This document shows, piece after piece, positions 43,974-52,390 of a stretch of DNA of 64,000 nt (position 1 is the first letter of the stretch; each line of letters starts with the position of its first letter). Location of the stretch: assembly GCA_021811735.1 (NCBI GenBank), contig JAJZNK010000025.1, positions 4,718 through 68,717 of the forward strand. Direction: 5' to 3'. Made by a program: the position numbers and the translations under genes. Source of the stretch: Nanobdellota archaeon. GTDB lineage: Archaea; Nanobdellota; Nanobdellia; Parvarchaeales; Parvarchaeaceae. The notes beneath the pieces were generated by a model, which worked only from the letters and a program-made list of their open reading frames with translations, was not told the DNA's origin and ran no database searches.

Positions 43974-44470
43974 TGTGGTTCAGAATTATTTGTAGAAACA
44001 CAGATATAATTCAATATTTCACTGTAAGCCGTCTGGTTGTTTTGGAATCCCCCTATTTTATAGTATTCTCCGTTAAATATTATCATTGGAACCATATTTT
44101 TCCCTATAGAATTATACAGTGATATTGCAGAATAAGGTATGTCTGAGGACACATTGTTATTATATCCGGATATATTGAAATCCCATGCACAGAAGTATCC
44201 GCTGTAAAACGTGTTGTTACCCCATAATCCGAAAAGAGACGTAACCTCTTTAAATGAACTAAGTGTTGATGTGCATGTCTTGCAGTTGTTCGCGTAGTAT
44301 ATCACGAAAGCAGGTTTGCTTGGGGAACATAATCCCGACATGTTCAGGTCTATGCTGTGGAATGCATATGTCTGCTCTAGCATGTAATTCTGGTAATAAA
44401 AGAACATTCCTGCTGCTATCACAGCTACCGCGATAACAAAGTACGCGTAATGCTTACGTTTAGTTAGCAT
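43964..44470 (-). CDS. membrane-anchored thioredoxin-fold protein with CxxC (putative extracytoplasmic thiol-disulfide oxidoreductase)
   Basis: N-terminal TM (YAYFVIAVAVIAAGMFFYY), then FVIYYANNCKTCTS (beta1-CxxC-alpha1) and NMVPMIIFNGEYYKIGG (cis-Pro loop pattern). 6 Cys. Confidence 0.55.
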   Translation of the reverse strand: MLTKRKHYAYFVIAVAVIAAGMFFYYQNYMLEQTYAFHSIDLNMSGLCSPSKPAFVIYYANNCKTCTSTLSSFKEVTSLFGLWGNNTFYSGYFCAWDFNISGYNNNVSSDIPYSAISLYNSIGKNMVPMIIFNGEYYKIGGFQNNQTAYSEILNYICVSTNNSEPQCT

Positions 44471-45371
44471 AAAACGACATGTTGAGCTTTTTCATTTCAG
44501 TCGAATTACAGCTATTCGAACTCGTCAATATGCAGATATTCGTGTAATTCCCAAGGCTCTTGTAAATACTTGTATAAGTTTGGGACTCAAAGAAGGAAGG
44601 GTCGGTAACTACGTTAAATATCTTAGAGTAGCTGCATGGTGTGGCGTTTATCAACCCGTATACTGGGAATTGGAATGGTCCGTAAACTGCAGTTTCATTT
44701 CCATAGTTCAGAATCTTACCGCTGCCAGTAAACACGATGTTAGCGGTCATCTGTTTCATCCTCAGAATTGCGCTTATCATGCTACTTTCGTTTTTGCTGG
44801 AATTAAAGAGTTGTATATCGTATTTAAGAGGATTCACAATGGTGTTGTTTTCGAGTCCCGACGACACAATCTCCCCATAATAATTTTTTATTCCAGAGTA
44901 AGTTGAATTAAAAATCGCTTCTAGTTCAGTAAAGTTCATGGTTCTACTGATGAGATTTGACAGCTGTGAATATGCCACGGTACAATTCGTTTTATTCTCG
45001 ACGCTGCACATTGACGTAGTCGCAATATCAGTTACTATCTGGCTATACTGGTTTTCAAGTGTGCCGGAAAGCAAAGCCGATGACGGGAATACTGGAGAAA
45101 ATTCGTAGTTGCAGCCGAAGACTATAGTATTATTAGGCAATCCACCGTAAAAATAGTACAAGTCCTTATCTGATAGACTACTGAGATTTATTTTATAATT
45201 GGACAGAAAACCACTGAGTTTTGCAGAATTTGTGCCGTTTGTCTGCACAGAGAAAGTGACTGGGTTAAATGGATAAACATAGAGTATAGCCGCGAAAGTG
45301 GCAAGCATTATAACTATCAATATTAGGGTTCTCAGTAATTTCTGATTATTTTCCATCATCAAGTTCTTCAC
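44460..45371 (-). CDS. N-terminally anchored extracellular protein, sequon-rich, unknown family
   Basis: LLRTLILIVIMLATFAAILYVY anchor. More than 12 N-x-S/T sequons and 6 Cys. Overlaps both neighbours. Confidence 0.45.
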   Translation of the reverse strand: MKNLMMENNQKLLRTLILIVIMLATFAAILYVYPFNPVTFSVQTNGTNSAKLSGFLSNYKINLSSLSDKDLYYFYGGLPNNTIVFGCNYEFSPVFPSSALLSGTLENQYSQIVTDIATTSMCSVENKTNCTVAYSQLSNLISRTMNFTELEAIFNSTYSGIKNYYGEIVSSGLENNTIVNPLKYDIQLFNSSKNESSMISAILRMKQMTANIVFTGSGKILNYGNETAVYGPFQFPVYGLINATPCSYSKIFNVVTDPSFFESQTYTSIYKSLGNYTNICILTSSNSCNSTEMKKLNMSFYAN

Positions 45372-46143
45372 TTAGTTTCTTCGCAGTTTCCTCTGGTGAG
45401 TAGTTGATTCTGTTTATACCTAGTGCATCCACTGGATCGATTTCGCCAACCATGAGGTTTATCTCGAAATGCTCTGCACCGGACTGCATGATGTTTATTG
45501 TTATCCCTTGTCTCAGTTTTTTCATTGTCTTCATTAGGAAGTTGGCTATTTCGAACGCTATTACCTCATCGAGCTGATCAATTGCAGTGTGCTTTACAGG
45601 GGTTATCTTAAGCATTTCATTCCTTTTCGGAGCGAATGGAACGTAACCTATTACCCCGCTTGTCTTGAATACCACTCTGTTTCCAGCGTTTTTCATATTT
45701 TCGCACACAAAGCATTTTTCAGGAATATGCCGCGGTACTGGTAGAACCAAAACATCCCAATAATCATGTGCGTCAACGTATCTGCTTATTGATATATTGT
45801 TCCCTATATCATATTTTTTGATGTCTTTGATTCTGTCGCTTATTACAAGCAGGAGTTTTTCGATATCGTCAGCATTATAACTTCTAAAATTGGGAGAATG
45901 TTTTTCGTTTTCTACGATTATCTCTTCATACCCATGTGCATTCGATTTTTTGAGGAATTGCCCAGCTAATTCATATTTTGATGGTTGCACTCTATCCTTT
46001 AATTCATAAATCTTTAAGTAGCCATTTTTAAATTCTATTGATTTTAGTTCGTTTTTGTTGTAAATGCATTCTTTACAGCCACTTTTCTCTGTACTCACTA
46101 ACGAAAATCCCAAGTCGACGGGATCCAGCCGATATTCTTCCAT
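45346..46143 (-). CDS. GalT-like (galactose-1-phosphate uridylyltransferase / HIT-superfamily) protein, active-site motif apparently degenerate
   Basis: CFVCENMKNAGNRVVFKTSGVIGYVPFAPKRNEMLKITPVKH resembles a GalT half-domain. The expected H-x-H-x-Q position reads EHFEINL. Confidence 0.45.
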   Translation of the reverse strand: MEEYRLDPVDLGFSLVSTEKSGCKECIYNKNELKSIEFKNGYLKIYELKDRVQPSKYELAGQFLKKSNAHGYEEIIVENEKHSPNFRSYNADDIEKLLLVISDRIKDIKKYDIGNNISISRYVDAHDYWDVLVLPVPRHIPEKCFVCENMKNAGNRVVFKTSGVIGYVPFAPKRNEMLKITPVKHTAIDQLDEVIAFEIANFLMKTMKKLRQGITINIMQSGAEHFEINLMVGEIDPVDALGINRINYSPEETAKKLSEELDDGK

Positions 46144-47721
46144 TTAGCCTTCTAGCCTCGATATTATTCTTGCGAATGCAGGTCTTGTGACTAGCAGTCC
46201 TATCAGTGACGCAAGTATGGTCGTCAGGGCGAACCCAGCAAACAAGCTAGCAGTCGAGAACAGCAGCGGGAACATTATCGCCGCGAATGAGAAGAAAGAA
46301 ACGAATATTATGAAGAATGCTCTGCTTATTCTTTTCTTTGTTACAGCATACTCTTCCTGAGAAGAACCTCTACGCATCTCGTCTGTTATTATTATCTGGT
46401 CGTCAACGGAGATACCTATGCTCGCTATGATTCCTGCCATACTCGGGATGTCAAGCGTCCAGTGTATCGCGGCGGCCACGCCTATTACTATGAATATTTC
46501 GGTTATACTTGTAAGTAGTATCAAGGATGACACTTTGTAGTCTTTGTACCTCAAAAATATAACGATGCTTACCAGTACGAATGCTACAAGCAGAAGCAAG
46601 TAAATCTGGTTTATGAACTGGCTTCCTGCCGTTGGTGAAACGGAATTTATTGACACCACTTTCAATGGCACTGGCAGACTACCAGACTGCATTATAGCCT
46701 GGAGTGTCTTCATATTCGATGTGGCCTGCTGCTGGTCAACACCAGATCCTTCGATGGTTATGGCTCCGTTAAAATTGGTAAGTATATTAGTAGAGATAAG
46801 TAGCGGCTGACCTTGTTGCACTCCATTAAGATACAAGTGTATTCTCTTGTTAAAGTATCCCGGGTTGGAAGTCGACGGTACGAGAGCCTTTACTCCTGTT
46901 TCAAAGTTCTTCGCAGCTCCGCTTGCCATCTGTATACCGAACTGGAAAGAGTAACCGTTTGCCACAGTAGGTGTTTGGTATGCTCCGAAAGGACAGCCTG
47001 CCGAAAGGCATACATCAAGTATACTTTCGCTCGAGTTGCTGCTATTGAATACTGTAAAGTTCCCTATAGTAGCATAGAATTTACCCTGATTCTGTATCAA
47101 AGATAAAGCCTGGCTTTCTCCAACGTTTGGCATGCTTATCATTATAAATGATTTGCCTGATAGTGTCTGGATGGTACTGACAGTAGTTCCGCTTATCCCA
47201 TAGACATCCAGTCTTTTTGAAAGAGTGATTTCCAGCGTGTTGACGAGCGTGGAATTATAATTGGTTGCATTCGGAACGATTTCTATCTGTGTCCCCCCTA
47301 TTATGTCTAACCCATAGTTTAGGCGCGTAGAAGGCACGTTTTGAGTCTGGATTGTGGATGAGTTGAACACAGCACCTGGTTCCACGAAGATGTTTGTAGT
47401 GCTCGTCCCATATATGTAGGGAAATATCTCGTTTCTATATGTTAGATGCAGACTGCTGTTAACCACCGCGCTTTTGTTAAGCTGTGAGTAAAATTGCTGT
47501 ATGTTATGCACAGGTACGCCGTTTACCGCCGTTATTATTGATCCTGTTTGCAGGCTTATCAACCCTCTAGAACTTAAATTTCCAATATAGGAGTTTATTG
47601 GCATGTAAACTACTTGCGCTCCGTTAACATTCGTTATGTTCGGCTGTATAGCTAGGAAGGCCACGGCCACAAGCACAATCATTAGGATCACTCTCCAATC
47701 ATACAGTATTGACTTTGTCAT
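46144..47721 (-). CDS. secD: protein-export membrane protein SecD
   Basis: N-terminal TM, large periplasmic-type domain, and a C-terminal 6-TM block with ASIGISVDDQIIITDE. Follows secF with a 1-nt gap. Confidence 0.8.
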   Translation of the reverse strand: MTKSILYDWRVILMIVLVAVAFLAIQPNITNVNGAQVVYMPINSYIGNLSSRGLISLQTGSIITAVNGVPVHNIQQFYSQLNKSAVVNSSLHLTYRNEIFPYIYGTSTTNIFVEPGAVFNSSTIQTQNVPSTRLNYGLDIIGGTQIEIVPNATNYNSTLVNTLEITLSKRLDVYGISGTTVSTIQTLSGKSFIMISMPNVGESQALSLIQNQGKFYATIGNFTVFNSSNSSESILDVCLSAGCPFGAYQTPTVANGYSFQFGIQMASGAAKNFETGVKALVPSTSNPGYFNKRIHLYLNGVQQGQPLLISTNILTNFNGAITIEGSGVDQQQATSNMKTLQAIMQSGSLPVPLKVVSINSVSPTAGSQFINQIYLLLLVAFVLVSIVIFLRYKDYKVSSLILLTSITEIFIVIGVAAAIHWTLDIPSMAGIIASIGISVDDQIIITDEMRRGSSQEEYAVTKKRISRAFFIIFVSFFSFAAIMFPLLFSTASLFAGFALTTILASLIGLLVTRPAFARIISRLEG

Positions 47722-47722
47722 A

Positions 47723-48655
47723 TCACACTTTCTCCGTTTCCTTATACCCTAATCCATACAACTGCGTCGAGCCGTTCAGTATCCATACGGTGAAATCGTC
47801 GAATATTACCCCTATTATAAGGATTATAGCTATCTCATGAAGCGTCGAATTCGTAGTACCAATAAACAATATTATAAATGTTACCAACGCAGCGGCGTCC
47901 ATAGTTAGAGAAGTTTTTATAGTCCTGACAAGACGGTAGCGCATGCTAGCTTCCTCCCTTTTAAGTATGTTCGTTGCGAGTATTATGTTTCGGTCAGCAG
48001 AATAACCCATTATCATAAGTATGCCTGCTATTGAGGCAGTGGAGAACGTGAACCCCATTATATCAAGCACCCCAACTATGTTTATTATGTCGCTGATAAT
48101 GCTGACAACGTTTGAAAACGCCTGCCAGGCGCTTCGGAAGTAGAAAAGTGACACGGCGGCGACAAGCACGAACGCTATTCCTAGTAGGATAAGGGAGCTG
48201 TATATCGAGTTCTGGGCAAGTGTTGCGCTCACGAAGTTTATGCTTGAATCCTTTGCGTTTATTGGTATCTTTAATATATTTGAAAGGTCGGTCTTCAATA
48301 CAGTAGTATTTACATTCTTTCCAACGGTTATCGAGTAGCCCGTTACAGCGTTACTGAATGGCGCCCTAACCACGTTAACACTGACAGCCTGGCTCAACTG
48401 GGTCCCTAGGGAACTTGCTATCAGTGTTGGCGATACGCTCTGATTTGTGCTTATGATTATATTTGTTCCACCTGCAAGTGATATTCCCTCATTCACCACT
48501 TCTCCATGAACGTGGTAGTAATAACCTATAAACGAGGCGAAAAATATTACGAATATTATGGGTATAAAGACCATTTTCCTGTAATTTTTAAGGTAGTAAT
48601 CAACCAGTCTGTCTACCTCTTTACTTATTTTGCTTCTTACACCCATAAAGAACAT
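47723..48655 (-). CDS. secF: protein-export membrane protein SecF
   Basis: 310 aa. GILMIMGYSADRNIILATNILKRE resembles the SecF GYS-x-D motif region. Confidence 0.8.
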   Translation of the reverse strand: MFFMGVRSKISKEVDRLVDYYLKNYRKMVFIPIIFVIFFASFIGYYYHVHGEVVNEGISLAGGTNIIISTNQSVSPTLIASSLGTQLSQAVSVNVVRAPFSNAVTGYSITVGKNVNTTVLKTDLSNILKIPINAKDSSINFVSATLAQNSIYSSLILLGIAFVLVAAVSLFYFRSAWQAFSNVVSIISDIINIVGVLDIMGFTFSTASIAGILMIMGYSADRNIILATNILKREEASMRYRLVRTIKTSLTMDAAALVTFIILFIGTTNSTLHEIAIILIIGVIFDDFTVWILNGSTQLYGLGYKETEKV

Positions 48656-48708
48656 TTAATACGTGTTTTTATTAATTCTTAATGTATCCGTTCTTTTAAA
48701 GGTTTTAT

Positions 48709-49446
48709 TTACTTTTTAAAGTAATATCTCTCGTACAGTTGTTTTACTTTTTGCTGGTCTTTCAGATTATAGTATAAATCCAGCATAGTTTTTCTAATCG
48801 GTTTTTTCCACAAGTTCTTTTGCATAGTGTAGTTGTATTTCATCAAGAACTGTTTTTCCTCGTTTTCTGAGCAATAATCCCATACGCTGTCTTTTAGCAT
48901 GTATATCTTATACAGCGAAACTTTGTTATCTTTGTAACTGTGGTTCATGTCCCATATCACGCTTTTGCTTATTTGTTTTGCAACTTCATATCGTTCTTTT
49001 TCCGTAAGATGCACAGCGTTAAGCGAGAGCGAAAAGCGTATTTCATCTGCGTTTTGGAATATTCTATTAAGCTTCATAGTGTCATACGCCCTCTCTACAG
49101 TAGCTATCTTTTTTACTATGTTTTTCTTTCTATGGTGCAATAATTCATCAGCGGCCACAGTCTCTATTTCAACGATTTCGCACACTCTCTTCCCATCATC
49201 ATTGTAGAGGAGTAACAGGTCCGCGTTCCATCTCTCTGCTTGGAAGTTTCCACTATCATCCTTCTTTATTGTGCCATTTTTATTTTTCCTGTAGGCGTAC
49301 AGTGGAAATTCACCGTCAGCATAATCCAAAGGTCTTCTCTTCTCTATATACGAAAATGTTGACACCTGCATCAGCTTGTGTAGGATAGAAGGATTGTTGT
49401 CTACCACGTCATCTATAAGCATCTCTTCAAGTGTTTTTCCGCTCAC
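48709..49446 (-). CDS. hypothetical protein (possible nuclease-like fold, unassigned)
   Basis: 245-aa ORF with GTG start. DLLLLYNDDGKRVCEIVEIET is vaguely PD-(D/E)xK-like, but the motif is incomplete. Confidence 0.35.
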   Translation of the reverse strand: MSGKTLEEMLIDDVVDNNPSILHKLMQVSTFSYIEKRRPLDYADGEFPLYAYRKNKNGTIKKDDSGNFQAERWNADLLLLYNDDGKRVCEIVEIETVAADELLHHRKKNIVKKIATVERAYDTMKLNRIFQNADEIRFSLSLNAVHLTEKERYEVAKQISKSVIWDMNHSYKDNKVSLYKIYMLKDSVWDYCSENEEKQFLMKYNYTMQKNLWKKPIRKTMLDLYYNLKDQQKVKQLYERYYFKK

Positions 49447-49497
49447 ACTTTAGTAAGAGAATAGATAGTATAAATATTATTTGCTTTTAATTTAGAT

Positions 49498-50148
49498 ATG
49501 AAAGGGCAGTTCTCTTTTGAGTTCGTAGTCGACTTGGCCTTTGTTCTTGTCTTGATAGCGTTCATAGCCGTCTTTTTCACGCATATCTCAACGGGAAACC
49601 CCACGGTTTCGAGAATGAATGGGATATGCTATGAAATAGCAAGTTCAATCAATTCACTCGCCTCTTCCAACAGTTTTACAGTGGAATACCTACCGCTGCT
49701 GAACTTTACAAGCTTTGAAAATTATACTATAAACATATCAAACGGGATAATAATAGTATATGACGGGTCATTGAACAGTGGAAGCCTAGTTGCAGGGCAG
49801 AATATTGTTTCCTGCGGATCAAATACAATGCTTACTGAGAATGAGTCTTTCGGCCTGTCAAACCTTGCATTATATGTAAACTCATCGAATATCGCTCTGG
49901 CCTACGAATACGCAAACTACTCACAGAATCTTCCAATGTACCTAGATGTGGGAGGATTCGCTGGCAAAGTCAATCTTTCGCTAGAATACGCAAATGGGAC
50001 TTACTCCACTTTGGCCATGCAAAATTCACCATTTACTTACTTTGCAAATACACAGTCTATTCCTTTGCCAGCTGGAACGTATAATTACGTTGTAACAAGT
50101 GTTTTTAATCCAGATATACATGTAGAACTGCCATTTTCAGTAGGTTAG
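49498..50148 (+). CDS. type IV pilin-like protein
   Basis: MKGQ-FSFEFVVDLAFVLVLIAFIAVFF class III-like signal. N/S-rich, 2 Cys. Confidence 0.6.
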   Translation: MKGQFSFEFVVDLAFVLVLIAFIAVFFTHISTGNPTVSRMNGICYEIASSINSLASSNSFTVEYLPLLNFTSFENYTINISNGIIIVYDGSLNSGSLVAGQNIVSCGSNTMLTENESFGLSNLALYVNSSNIALAYEYANYSQNLPMYLDVGGFAGKVNLSLEYANGTYSTLAMQNSPFTYFANTQSIPLPAGTYNYVVTSVFNPDIHVELPFSVG

Positions 50149-50192
50149 ATACTATTTTTATAGGGTGGAACAATGCAAATTTTTATATTAGC

Positions 50193-50200
50193 TTTAAATA
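50193..50200 (+). promoter_or_regulatory. putative TATA box for pilin gene 50222
   Basis: tttaaata begins 29 nt upstream of ATG 50222, a leaderless-type spacing. Confidence 0.35.
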
Positions 50201-50221
50201 TAAGTAAATTTTACTATTACT

Positions 50222-50686
50222 ATGATGAAAGGACAGTCAGCATTAGAGTACATGATGACCTATGGTTGGGCAATCCTGATTATAGTCATCGTAGCTGTAA
50301 TCCTGTACTCCATGGGCATTTTTAACCCAGGAGCAAGCATAACCACAGCAAGTAGCGGGTTCAGTCCGTTCGCAGTAAGCGCGGCGGTTTGTAACACGAG
50401 CGGGTTATATGTGGCTTTTACAACGGGAGGTTTGCCGAATGGAGCTAGCAGTGCCAGTGCACTTAGCCTTACAGTCTCTGCTGGGACGGGTATAGGTAGC
50501 GGTAGCGGTGGTCCATATGCGGGCCCAGTTTCTCCTGGAACCACTTTTACTATAAAAGCTACCTCAACTTGCGCAACGTCTGGTGTTAGGTTCTCTACAT
50601 CCGGTACTTTAAGTTACAGTGTAACTACTGCCGTGGGAACTACAACAAATAATGCTACAGGTACAATAGCAGGAACAAGCAGCTAA
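50222..50686 (+). CDS. type IV pilin-like protein (candidate major pilin)
   Basis: MMKGQ-SALEYMMTYGWAILIIVIVAVILYSMGIF. The N-terminal module is nearly identical to that of 27400-28623. Small G/S/T/A-rich mature domain, 2 Cys. Confidence 0.7.
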   Translation: MMKGQSALEYMMTYGWAILIIVIVAVILYSMGIFNPGASITTASSGFSPFAVSAAVCNTSGLYVAFTTGGLPNGASSASALSLTVSAGTGIGSGSGGPYAGPVSPGTTFTIKATSTCATSGVRFSTSGTLSYSVTTAVGTTTNNATGTIAGTSS

Positions 50687-50693
50687 AAATACA

Positions 50694-50719
50694 TTTTTCA
50701 TTTTTAATTTTTTATTTTG
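50694..50719. terminator. oligo-T rich tract between convergent genes (possible archaeal terminator)
   Basis: acatttttcatttttaattttttattttg follows the pilin stop (50684-50686). Confidence 0.3.
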
Positions 50720-50747
50720 TTAGAAATGTGATAAATGCTACTTCATG

Positions 50748-51437
50748 TCATTTCTTTTCTATGTGTCCCAAAAAGGTAACCTTTAAGCTAGAATCAAGCA
50801 CATTCATGTAGTGTTCTCCCAATTCCTTTATCTTGTTTTTAACCTCATCTCCAAGCCTGAAACAACTTATTTCACGTAGTTTTTCGTACTCTTTGTGTGG
50901 ATGCCTGCCATTTATTATAGTCTCAAGTGACACGTGGCGTTCCATTGTTTGTATACTTTCTTCCAAACTGCATTTGTTCACAAAGGCATCAATCGCCGTG
51001 CACCCTGCCAAACTTTCAACAGGGTTTTCCGATTTCTCAAGTGCATACCTCGTGGCCTCCGATTCAGGAAAATGGTGCATAGGATTCAGATTCTCCGGAA
51101 CCATAGCCAGGACCCTCTCCATATAACTGTTTACTCTCTCGTTTTTATAGTCAATATCATGAAAATGTCCGAGTTCATGCATTATTAAGTACTTGCTGCC
51201 TTCCTTAAGTTCTGATAACCTAGGGTCGTTGGCTATAAAATAAAATGCTTCTTTATATTTTTCTGCCAGATAAATGTTTCCTTTCGAAAGAGTATAGGCG
51301 GATACACACGCCGTAAAATAGTAAGGAAACACGTTCTCTATGAAGTTAAACGGCTCGGTTATCCCGAGTCTCTCAGATAGGAACTCAGCATATCTCCCGT
51401 TATTCCTTATCATCTTCTTCATTTTATTGACAACCAT
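50748..51437 (-). CDS. putative zinc metallopeptidase (HExxH)
   Basis: YLIMHELGHFHD motif. 229 aa, no signal sequence seen. Confidence 0.5.
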   Translation of the reverse strand: MVVNKMKKMIRNNGRYAEFLSERLGITEPFNFIENVFPYYFTACVSAYTLSKGNIYLAEKYKEAFYFIANDPRLSELKEGSKYLIMHELGHFHDIDYKNERVNSYMERVLAMVPENLNPMHHFPESEATRYALEKSENPVESLAGCTAIDAFVNKCSLEESIQTMERHVSLETIINGRHPHKEYEKLREISCFRLGDEVKNKIKELGEHYMNVLDSSLKVTFLGHIEKK

Positions 51438-51604
51438 AGCCTCACTATGAGGTAATGGAGTATAAAAACTTTTAATGTTTTGAGGTAAATTTTATAGCAG
51501 CAGTTTAATGGGTATACTAAGGCTTTTCATGGTCAACCATACAACAATCATATCGCGACAAACAATGAAAAGATTTAATAACATTGACACATCATTAGTC
51601 ATTA

Positions 51605-52333
51605 ATGCTAAATAAGAGCAGAGTCGATTTCGAGGGAGTGATATTCGATTTTGATAATACCTTAGTGGACACAGCTTCGGCGATACGCGAGGCTTATAAA
51701 CATGTTTTTTCTGCTATATCTGAGGACTTTAACGCTGACATAAACAAGTTGATCCAAGAGTCAGAAAACTTCCAGAAGGAAAAGATGGAAGAACTTGCGC
51801 TTTCAAAGGTTTCATACAGTCATGCCGACTGGATTGCACCCATCACTGCGAGGCTTTCCATAGAATTGGGGGACAAAGAGGAAAAATACAAGCAACTTTT
51901 TTATTCTTACGTCACTGATAATCCAATATTCTCGCAGGATACCTTAACATTGGTAAAAGAACTTAAAATAAGTGGCAAGAAACTCGCACTCCTGACTGAA
52001 AGAGATAATATATCAGGCATGAAGATGAAAAGAATAAGGAAGACACCCTTCGGTGACTATTTTGATATTATTGTTATAGCTGGTGAGACTACTTCTTTAA
52101 GGAAAACTGACGGTAATCCAGCCCTGTTTTTTGAAACTGCAAGAAACCTAGGTATAAGCGTCGAGAGTATACTGATGGTAGGCGATAGACCTGATCTAGA
52201 CATACAGGGTTCAAAAGAAGCGGGGATGAAGGCAATACTATTCACAGGTTACATAAATCAAGGAGAGTTCAGCAGCCACAAAGCGGATTTCGTTGCTAAC
52301 AGTGTCAGCGATCTCAAGGATATAATGCTTTGA
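51605..52333 (+). CDS. HAD-superfamily hydrolase (second paralog)
   Basis: GVIFDFDNTLVDT (motif I) and MVGDRPDLDIQG (motif IV). Confidence 0.75.
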   Translation: MLNKSRVDFEGVIFDFDNTLVDTASAIREAYKHVFSAISEDFNADINKLIQESENFQKEKMEELALSKVSYSHADWIAPITARLSIELGDKEEKYKQLFYSYVTDNPIFSQDTLTLVKELKISGKKLALLTERDNISGMKMKRIRKTPFGDYFDIIVIAGETTSLRKTDGNPALFFETARNLGISVESILMVGDRPDLDIQGSKEAGMKAILFTGYINQGEFSSHKADFVANSVSDLKDIML

Positions 52334-52390
52334 TAACCTTGGTTAAGTCTTCCATGAACCTGGCGATATTTCGGTTGCACAACCAAAAAT

